From a bacterium (GTDB taxonomy: Bacteria > Bacillota > Clostridia > Lachnospirales > Lachnospiraceae): a stretch of DNA of 64,000 nt. The notes beneath the pieces were generated by a model. It made no database searches. It was given only the letters and a program-made list of their open reading frames with translations, and had not been told where the DNA came from. The position numbers and the translations under genes were made by a program. The stretch lies in NCBI GenBank assembly GCA_963658405.1, contig CAVKQI010000003.1, positions 60-64,059 on the forward strand. Direction: 5' to 3'. Below, in pieces: positions 28,503 to 35,750 of this stretch (positions are counted from its first letter, which is position 1; every line of letters starts with the position of its first letter).

Positions 28503-29383
28503 TTCGTCCTCATTTTTTGTTCCACAGACACCCTGACGATCTGCTGCTGCCGGATACTGCCGCAGCCGTAAAAGATTCCCTGGCTGATCCTGCAGTCCTC
28601 AAAATCTCTGCCGGCGCCGATCTTGATATGCGATCCTGCCACCGGACAGTCATTGGTGGGATCCAGTCCGTACCAGTACCGGCCAAGGGCCGCTTCCACC
28701 CAGGCGTGGCTTTCCCCTTCTCCCCGGAGCATCCCCGTCACATACCGGGCCGGGATTCCGGCCAGCCGCAGCAGGCTGATGAAGATATGGGCATAGTCCT
28801 GACATACGCCGGCGCCCCGCAGGAAAGCCTGCTCCGCCGTGGTAGTCACATCGGTGGCCGCCTTCTGATAGGCAAAGTCTGTATGTAGCCGATGCATCAA
28901 AGCAACGGCTAAGACTGCCTGATCAGAAAAAGGCATTTCCTGCTGCAGCGTCTCATAGTAGGCCTGTATTTTCTCTCCCGCTCTTGTAAGAGGCGTGGGA
29001 TAACGGTAAATGCCCAGTTTTTCCGGTCGTACTTCCTCTTCCGGGTACAGCGCACATCCTTCTGCACTTTCCGAAAAAGTACTTTCCGAAAAATCACTTT
29101 CCCCCGGGCATACACTTTCTCCCGCAGGCAGGATCGCCTCTCCTTCCACCTGCACGGAAAATCTGTCATGGGGCTCCTGCAGCATGCCCAGGATCTCCCG
29201 GTTGCCGAAGGCATCCCTCGATTCCCAGGCGCATCCCGCCGGAAGCAGGACCGTATCCGTCCGCAGGATCTGCTGACGCAGATTGGTCCGGGGCAGACAC
29301 TTCAGTGTATAGTGGTGGCGCTGCACCGGGCCGTCAAATACCAATTCCATTTTATATCGAAAGCTGTTCTGGCTCTCGTTCAT
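28499..29383 (-). CDS. Transglutaminase-like cysteine protease-fold protein
   Basis: 294 aa with the core ..GAGVCQDYAHIFISLLRLAGIPARYVTG..HAWVE..D.. (Cys-His-Asp). Confidence 0.8.
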   Translation of the reverse strand: MNESQNSFRYKMELVFDGPVQRHHYTLKCLPRTNLRQQILRTDTVLLPAGCAWESRDAFGNREILGMLQEPHDRFSVQVEGEAILPAGESVCPGESDFSESTFSESAEGCALYPEEEVRPEKLGIYRYPTPLTRAGEKIQAYYETLQQEMPFSDQAVLAVALMHRLHTDFAYQKAATDVTTTAEQAFLRGAGVCQDYAHIFISLLRLAGIPARYVTGMLRGEGESHAWVEAALGRYWYGLDPTNDCPVAGSHIKIGAGRDFEDCRISQGIFYGCGSIRQQQIVRVSVEQKMRTK

Positions 29384-29491
29384 GCCGGCTGTCTCCTTCT
29401 TACCTTTTGCTGCAGCGCCCGGGCTCTTTCATCCTCTCTGCTTTGCCCCGCAGGATGACCTTCTCATCCTATCTTGCCGGCCGGCACATTT

Positions 29492-30151
29492 CTACAGGCT
29501 CTCTACAGCCCGTATGATACCGTTATAGTCCGGCTCCGGCAGGGAGGCGTCCATCAGCATCTGCTCCAGCTGCTCGGGCGCATAGGGAAGTCCCGAGCGC
29601 TTTAATCTGGCCGATAGGCGCATGACAAAGCGGCGGATCTCTTCTCTTCCTACCCGAAGTCTGGCATACAGATCCACCCGCTCGATGCGGCGGCCTGTCA
29701 CCAGTATATCACGAACCTGCACATCGTCGATGGCATCATCTGCACTGCCCCAGAAAGCCACGATATTATCCATTACCTTCTGCAGCTCCATCATGGGCGC
29801 ATCGGACACCGCGGCCTTCTGCATCTCATAGGAAGCCAGCTGCACATAGCAGAGGGTTTCTGTCCCCAGCATTTCCCGGAGCACGATGGCATTGTCATAG
29901 GCTCTGGAAAGATTGCTGGCGATGGAATCCGTATTTTCCCTGTTGTAGCCGTAATTTCGAAGGAAATCCTCCTTGCCGCTGTAGATATCCGGTATCTCCA
30001 GTCTGGCGCAGAATTCCTGATGGATATCCTCCGGCGCATCGATCATGCGGTCATAGTATTTGGAAAAAAAGCGGATGGTGGTATAGACCCGCTCTGTATA
30101 TCTGCCCAGCCACAGTATGCTGTCCTTCTGTTCTAACGAGATAGTACCCAT
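29492..30151 (-). CDS. Alpha-E domain protein
   Basis: 219 aa and all-helical, with the conserved N-terminal WLGRYTER motif. It overlaps the upstream ATP-grasp gene by 19 nt. Confidence 0.7.
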   Translation of the reverse strand: MGTISLEQKDSILWLGRYTERVYTTIRFFSKYYDRMIDAPEDIHQEFCARLEIPDIYSGKEDFLRNYGYNRENTDSIASNLSRAYDNAIVLREMLGTETLCYVQLASYEMQKAAVSDAPMMELQKVMDNIVAFWGSADDAIDDVQVRDILVTGRRIERVDLYARLRVGREEIRRFVMRLSARLKRSGLPYAPEQLEQMLMDASLPEPDYNGIIRAVESL

Positions 30152-31458
30152 GTGTCCTTAAATCCTCCTCCCTGGGATGAATTGACGATAAACGAATCCG
30201 GATTGGTAGAATATCTGGTCAATCCGCTCTTCCATACCCTGGCCTGGTCACTTAACAGCACAAAGGCACGAAGATCTGCCTTCCGCGGCACCACGCCGGT
30301 CTTGTCCATGATATCGATATCCTGGAAATCAATGACCTCCTGGGCGATGAAACGTCTGGGCTCCCGCTTCAGAAGAGCGATGAAATCCTCCTTTTCCTTT
30401 GCCGTCATCCGGTCGGCAAAGACCACACCGTAGCCGCCGGCCTCTGCCACATCCTTCAGCACCAGCCTGTCAAAATGCTCCAGCACGAATTTCATATCGT
30501 CCTCATAATAAGGCAGATAGGTGGGCGCGTTTTTGAGGATGGCCTCCTCTCCCAGATAATACTGGATCATCTTCGGCACGAAATAGTAGATGCCCTTATC
30601 ATCTGCCACCCCGTTGCCCGGCGCATTCATAATGGCCACATTTCCCTTTTTATACACATCATAGATATGCGGGATGCCGATGAGAGATTCCGGATTGAAA
30701 TTAAGAGGATCCAGATATTCTGTGGAAATGCGGGAATATACCACGCCTACCTTCTGCTTTCTGCCGGAGTAATCTACGAAATAAAGATAATCATCCTCTA
30801 CGGAAAGCTCATGACCGTTTACCAGTACCGCACCGGTCTGCTCTGCCAGATAGGAATGTTCAAAGTAAGCCGCATTGTACCGACCCGGTGTCAGGATCAC
30901 CGGAATCCCGCCGGTGCTCACATAGTCCATGACCTGGCGCAGCATGCCGGGATAGTCCCGGTTGTCGGCGATGGGCACATCGTGGAAAGTATCCGGAGAA
31001 GCCTTCCGCTCCAGACTTCTGGCCATCAGCGGATAGGAAGCGCCGGAGGGAACCCGCAGATTATCCTCCAGGATGTACCAGGTATTGTCCTTGCCCAGGA
31101 CCAGGTCAATGCCGGCGATATGCGTGCTCACAGACTTCGGCGGCGTCACATCCTCGCACTGCGCCATATAGCCGCTGCCCGCATAGACGAATTCCTCCGG
31201 CACCACCCCGTCCCGGATGATCTTCTTGTCATGGTAAATATCCTGAATAAAACAGTTTAAAGCCGTCACGCGCTGGATCAGACCCTTTTCCAGATAATCC
31301 CATTCCTTCTTTTCGATGATCCGCGGAATGGGATCAAAAGGAAAGAGCTGCTCATGAAAAACGTTATTCTTATAAATGCCGAATTTCACGCCGTAACGGG
31401 CCAGCAGTTCGTTGATGCTCTCCTTTCTGTTTAACAGCTGCAAATTTGAATAATCCAT
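30133..31458 (-). CDS. Circularly permuted type-2 ATP-grasp protein
   Basis: The start was moved to MDYSNLQLL (GGGAGG upstream). Family hallmarks are ..LFPFDPIPRII..EWDYLEKGLIQRVTALNCFIQDIY.. and ..NAPGNGVADDK.. Confidence 0.75.
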   Translation of the reverse strand: MDYSNLQLLNRKESINELLARYGVKFGIYKNNVFHEQLFPFDPIPRIIEKKEWDYLEKGLIQRVTALNCFIQDIYHDKKIIRDGVVPEEFVYAGSGYMAQCEDVTPPKSVSTHIAGIDLVLGKDNTWYILEDNLRVPSGASYPLMARSLERKASPDTFHDVPIADNRDYPGMLRQVMDYVSTGGIPVILTPGRYNAAYFEHSYLAEQTGAVLVNGHELSVEDDYLYFVDYSGRKQKVGVVYSRISTEYLDPLNFNPESLIGIPHIYDVYKKGNVAIMNAPGNGVADDKGIYYFVPKMIQYYLGEEAILKNAPTYLPYYEDDMKFVLEHFDRLVLKDVAEAGGYGVVFADRMTAKEKEDFIALLKREPRRFIAQEVIDFQDIDIMDKTGVVPRKADLRAFVLLSDQARVWKSGLTRYSTNPDSFIVNSSQGGGFKDTWVLSR

Positions 31459-31584
31459 ACACAATCCTCCCTCATGCAAGCCAGCGCCTCTGTAACTCTG
31501 AATCTGCTGATACGAAAACATCTTCCTGTGTATGTGCTTTCCCACAGGACCATCTCTGTGTGAGAATGACCAGTTCAATGCTAC

Positions 31585-31618
31585 AAAAAAAGAACGTACA
31601 GATAATCTCTGTACGTCC
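31585..31618 (-). terminator. Intrinsic terminator inside the leader of the ATP-grasp cluster
   Basis: Minus-sense GGACGTACAGA-GATTA-TCTGTACGTTC followed by TTTTTTT. It has one G-U in minus sense, which is A-C in plus sense. It lies about 90-120 nt after the predicted TSS and about 125 nt before the ATG. Confidence 0.7.
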
Positions 31619-31711
31619 TTGTACGCTGTCTTTCTCTGATCCGGCAGCCCCATCTCAGCTAAAATATTTTTTTAAGCCTGACAGAGGAATTCCGGATATT
31701 TATATTCCCAT

Positions 31712-31740
31712 ATTATGCGCGAAACCGTGCAGTATGTCAA
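31712..31740 (-). promoter_or_regulatory. Candidate promoter of the ATP-grasp cluster
   Basis: Minus-sense TTGACA (31735-31740), 17 nt, CATAAT (31712-31717). Confidence 0.55.
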
Positions 31741-31843
31741 ACGAGATTTGCAAAACACGTAAAAACAGAATTGACAAAACAAGTTACAAGACCTAGGCAA
31801 ACGCATAGAATGAACGTGCTCTGCTGAAATCTGTGTTCACAAT

Positions 31844-32019
31844 CCAGCCGGACGAGGGAGCGGGTGGCCGGATGATGTCCGGCGCAGGGGCATGGCGACG
31901 CCTCGGTGCTTGCGAGCGTTCTTTGCGAGCTTAGCATCCGCTAGGCAGGAGCCCCTGAGCCGAGAGGCGTCCCCAAGCGGACATCGCCGACAGGACCCGC
32001 TCCCTCGGCCGGCGTCTGG
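31844..32019. repeat. Nested-palindrome element (family 2), long copy
   Basis: Outer arms are CCAGCCGGACGAGGGAGCGGGT and ACCCGCTCCCTCGGCCGGCG. Inner arms are GATGTCCG and CGGACATC. The core is about 85 bp. The flanks match the copy at 61599-61708. Confidence 0.75.
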
Positions 32020-32062
32020 GTAATCTATAAACCAGCCATAGAATCACTCAATCTTTGTGAGC

Positions 32063-33016
32063 TCAGTCCTCATACTCATCATACCACTCATCCTCCGCCT
32101 CATCATAACTGCGGTAAGTGTCCTTATTATCACTGTAATAAGAGTCCGGATCCTCGTCGTAATAGTCATCCCTGCTGCCGTAGAGCTGCTTGTAATGCTT
32201 ATTGCAATATCCCTTTCGATAATAGATCCCATAATTTCTGCATCCGGGATATTTACAGACGGAACTCGAGCTGGAAGAAGACTTCTTGGATGCTTCCTGC
32301 GCCTCTTTTTCTTCCGCTGCCTTCCGGGCTGCTTCTTCCTGCATCCTCTCATAACTCTTTCTTTTGGTTTCCCAATCTGGAAAGTCGCCCTGAGGATCCT
32401 TACTCTTATTCTTGCTGAACCAGCTGCATAGTCCCGCCGCCATCTCATCCCGTGTCATTATGTTGCTGCAGAACATTTCCGGTGTCAGCTCATCTCTGAT
32501 CTTCTGCCATTCCTGCTGTTGCTGCGAGGATAATTTCTCAGGCACAGACGCATAGTCCAGTATCAGCTTATCATCGGCGTCATTTGGCCCATAATCTCTG
32601 TCATAGGTAAACAACGTACCCAGATAGCACCAGTTTTCCTGGTCCTCCTCTGCCATGCGATCCTGTATATACTGATACATGGACACCCGGGCCACAGGAT
32701 ATTTGCCCTCTTTTGTCTTATAGCTGATCACCAGCGTGTAATTCTTATCACTGATGGAAGACTGACCATTGGACTTGTATCCTTTGTAAATTTCTCCCGT
32801 AGGCTCTGTTTCCGCTGTCACGCACCAACGCCAGTACATAGGGACACACAGATCATAATACTTCGTGCTGATCTCTGCATGATTGCCTGCCGTTACATGA
32901 ATCGGCCTACTCTTCTCAATGATCCAGAGTATGACAGGGATCAGGATTATCAGAAATACTATAACGATTCTGACGGATTTTTTCCTAGCGCGCTCCCGCT
33001 GATCTCCCCCATCCAT
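32063..33016 (-). CDS. Hypothetical membrane-anchored protein with a C-terminal Cys/Tyr-rich motif and an acidic tail
   Basis: The probable start is MDGGDQRER (GGGAG 5 nt upstream). It has one TM helix, and no family was recognised. The C-terminus is ..SSSSSSSVCKYPGCRNYGIYYRKGYCNKHYK.. followed by a D/E/Y-rich tail. Confidence 0.55.
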   Translation of the reverse strand: MDGGDQRERARKKSVRIVIVFLIILIPVILWIIEKSRPIHVTAGNHAEISTKYYDLCVPMYWRWCVTAETEPTGEIYKGYKSNGQSSISDKNYTLVISYKTKEGKYPVARVSMYQYIQDRMAEEDQENWCYLGTLFTYDRDYGPNDADDKLILDYASVPEKLSSQQQQEWQKIRDELTPEMFCSNIMTRDEMAAGLCSWFSKNKSKDPQGDFPDWETKRKSYERMQEEAARKAAEEKEAQEASKKSSSSSSSVCKYPGCRNYGIYYRKGYCNKHYKQLYGSRDDYYDEDPDSYYSDNKDTYRSYDEAEDEWYDEYED

Positions 33017-33044
33017 AGTTTCTCCCTTGTATCCATTCATGCCT

Positions 33045-33138
33045 GAAAGAAAAGCCATCCGGCTTTTCCTTCAAACCTGCCCCCTTGCCGCAGTATGCTG
33101 CGGCAGCACAAGGAGAATTTCGCACAAGCGAATCCTCC
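33045..33138 (-). repeat. Family-1 module (hp2, hp1 and an extra hairpin) after argS
   Basis: Extra hairpin GAAAGAAAAGCC/GGCTTTTCCTTC at 33045-33072, hp1 TGCCGCAG-TATG-CTGCGGCA at 33086-33105, and hp2 GGAGAATTTCGC/GCGAATCCTCC at 33112-33138. Confidence 0.75.
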
Positions 33139-33155
33139 GATATGATCACGAAAGT

Positions 33156-34934
33156 TTACATTCTCTCCGGTGCCTCAAAGCCCAGCGTATGAATGCATGT
33201 AGTCAGTGTGCGCTCTGTAAGAGAGAGCAATGCGATCCAGGATGCCTTCTTTTCCGCATCCTCTTCGGTCAGGATCTTGGTGGCATGGTAAAAGCTGTTG
33301 AAAGCATTGGACAGCTCATAGATATAAGCGCAGAGCTTATGCGGTGCAGTCTCCTCGTAGGCAGTGCGCATCACGGCATTGAACTGTGCCAGCTTCATCA
33401 TCAGATCCTTTTCCAGGCTGCTCTGCGCGCTGCAGATGGTAAGTCCGGAGAGATCCTCTATGCCGCTCTGCTCCCTGTACTTGCCAAGTATCGACTTGAT
33501 CCGTACGATGGTATAGAGGATATACGGGCCGGTATCTCCCTCAAAGGAGGTAAACCGCTCCATGTCAAAGACATAATCCTTGCTGGCCTGGTTGGAAAGG
33601 TCTCCGTATTTAAGCGCTGCCAGTGCCACCTGCTTTGCCGTCTTTTCCGCTTCCTCATCGCCGATCTCCGGATTGCTGCGGATCTTTCCCAGCATCTCTT
33701 CATTGATATCTGCAATGAGGCGCTCTAAGCGCATGACACCGCCCTCTCTGGTCTTAAAGGGCTTGCCGTCCTTGCCGTTCATGGTGCCGAAGCCGATATG
33801 CTTTAATACGGTATTCTCCTCTGTGAGGCCGCACTTTTTCGCGCAGCGGAATACCTGCACGAAGTGCAGCTCCTGGCGCTTGTCTGTGACATAGATGATC
33901 TCATCGGGATGGAAACGCTCGGTGCGCTGGAGAATGGTCGCCAGGTCAGTGGTGGTATACAGGGAAGCGCCGTCGGACTTAAGGATGATGCAGGGCGGGA
34001 TCTCCTTGGCATCTCCGGGGTCTGTCACATCTACCACCAGGGCGCCGTTGCTCTCGTAGGCATAGCCGCCCTCTTTCATCTTTTCTACCATAGGCGGGAT
34101 GGCGTCATGGGCATCGGACTCCCCCAGCCACAGATCAAAGTCCACATCCAGGTTGGCGTAGTTCTTTTTCATATCGGTGACGGAGACCGTCACGATCTGC
34201 TTCCAGAGAGCACGGAATCCCCGCTGTCCCTCCTGGAGACGGTGGGTATTGTCCATGGCCTCTGCATAGTAGGCCTCGTCCTCTTTGGACTTCTTGCTGG
34301 CAAAGGGATAGATCTCCTCTAACTCTGTCACGGTAAAAGGTGCCTCTGCGGGATACTCGCCTTCAAAGCTCTCATCGAAATAGGGGAGCTCCGGCTTTCT
34401 TCTCTTCAGCTCGGTGATGATCAGACCCATCTGCAGGCCCCAGTCTCCCAGGTGAATATCGCTGACGACATTCTCCCCGTTAAATCTGGCAATGCGCTTG
34501 ATGGCCTCGCCGATGACAGCGGAGCGCAGGTGCCCTACGTGCAGGGGCTTGGCCACATTGGGTCCGCCGTAGTCGAGCACGATGGTCTTGGGATTCTCAG
34601 AGCCGGACAGTCCCAGCTTTTCCTCTCCTGCCATTTTTCCCAGATACTCTGCCAGGAAACTTTCTTTGATCCGCAGATTCAGAAAGCCCGGTGCGACAGC
34701 CTCTGCCATGGAGAAAATGCTCTCCGGCTTTTCCTTCAGCTTATCCGCCACTTCTGCGGCGATCACAAGGGGTGCCTTATGATAGCGCTTTGCGCCGGCC
34801 ATGGCCCCGTTGCACTGGTATTCGCACAGATCCGGGCGGTTGGAGGTGCCCACTCTTCCGAGGTCTGCGTCATAACCTGCTGCCGCAAAGGCATCTGCCA
34901 TCTCCCGTGAGATGATATCCATTAATTTATCCAA
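33156..34934 (-). CDS. argS: Arginine--tRNA ligase
   Basis: Class I HIGH-type motif PLHVGHLRS plus the anticodon-binding DALR-type C-terminus. The start is uncertain: TTG 34934 (GGGGGA 5 nt upstream) or ATG 34922. Confidence 0.9.
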   Translation of the reverse strand: MDKLMDIISREMADAFAAAGYDADLGRVGTSNRPDLCEYQCNGAMAGAKRYHKAPLVIAAEVADKLKEKPESIFSMAEAVAPGFLNLRIKESFLAEYLGKMAGEEKLGLSGSENPKTIVLDYGGPNVAKPLHVGHLRSAVIGEAIKRIARFNGENVVSDIHLGDWGLQMGLIITELKRRKPELPYFDESFEGEYPAEAPFTVTELEEIYPFASKKSKEDEAYYAEAMDNTHRLQEGQRGFRALWKQIVTVSVTDMKKNYANLDVDFDLWLGESDAHDAIPPMVEKMKEGGYAYESNGALVVDVTDPGDAKEIPPCIILKSDGASLYTTTDLATILQRTERFHPDEIIYVTDKRQELHFVQVFRCAKKCGLTEENTVLKHIGFGTMNGKDGKPFKTREGGVMRLERLIADINEEMLGKIRSNPEIGDEEAEKTAKQVALAALKYGDLSNQASKDYVFDMERFTSFEGDTGPYILYTIVRIKSILGKYREQSGIEDLSGLTICSAQSSLEKDLMMKLAQFNAVMRTAYEETAPHKLCAYIYELSNAFNSFYHATKILTEEDAEKKASWIALLSLTERTLTTCIHTLGFEAPERM

Positions 34935-34972
34935 GGTAATCCCCCTTCTTTTATGATGATATACTATCGGGT

Positions 34973-35737
34973 TCAAAAGGAATCTTTGTCCCCGGCCGCT
35001 GCCGGATTGCTTTTCGCATCCTGCTCCCTCTGGGCTTTGGAAAATCCGCAGCCGCAGTAATTCTGTCTGTAAAGACCAAACTGCGCCGACAGCTCGATGG
35101 AGCGCTTATAGCCGTCCTTCTTTTTAAAGTCCGACGGCAGAAAGGCAACGCCGTATGCCGCGGCCAGTTCCTGTCCGATCTCATTGAGCTTTGCTGCATT
35201 TTTGAGCGGACTGATGGTCAGGGTCGTGGTGAAATAATCAAATTTCCCCTCCGCTGCCGCCTCTGCGGTCTTCTCAAGACGCAGTCTATAGCACCGAAAG
35301 CAACGCTCGCCGCCCTCCGGCACCGTCTCCAGCCCTTTGGACATCTCCAGAAAATGCGCCGGATCATAGGGAGCCTCCAGGACCCCTATCCTGTGGGCCG
35401 CCGGTGTGGAATGCATGGAAAAGGTATCGGCTTCCGGATGTTTCTCCCGCAGCGCTCCTGAAAGAGATTCTGTAAAGCACTGCTCCTCCACCTGTCGGTT
35501 GTAGATGTCGATGAGCTTTATTTCCTCTGCCTTTCGCTTTTCATACTCCGCCGCCTGGGTGATATTGGGATTGTAGTAATAGACGGTGATGTCAAAAAAT
35601 TCCCGGAGATATTCCAGGCAGTAACTGGAGCATGGTGCGCAGCAGCTGTGCAGTAAAAGACGGGGTGCCGGATCTAGTCCCTGCACCCTGTCTGTGATCT
35701 TTTCCAGTTCTTTGCTGTAATTGATAGATTGCTGCAT
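34973..35737 (-). CDS. queH: Epoxyqueuosine reductase QueH (DUF208)
   Basis: ..LLLHSCCAPCSSYCLEYL..YYYNPNI.. with a C-terminal CGCGFS. The start was moved to MQQSINYS, 13 nt after the carB stop, with a weak SD. Confidence 0.8.
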   Translation of the reverse strand: MQQSINYSKELEKITDRVQGLDPAPRLLLHSCCAPCSSYCLEYLREFFDITVYYYNPNITQAAEYEKRKAEEIKLIDIYNRQVEEQCFTESLSGALREKHPEADTFSMHSTPAAHRIGVLEAPYDPAHFLEMSKGLETVPEGGERCFRCYRLRLEKTAEAAAEGKFDYFTTTLTISPLKNAAKLNEIGQELAAAYGVAFLPSDFKKKDGYKRSIELSAQFGLYRQNYCGCGFSKAQREQDAKSNPAAAGDKDSF

Positions 35738-35750
35738 ATGGATTTTGCTG

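Noticed and set aside
34935-34976. T-box leader upstream of argS.
   Set aside because: argS starts within or just after the 3' end of queH, so there is no room for a leader of about 200 nt. No specifier or T-box sequence was seen.
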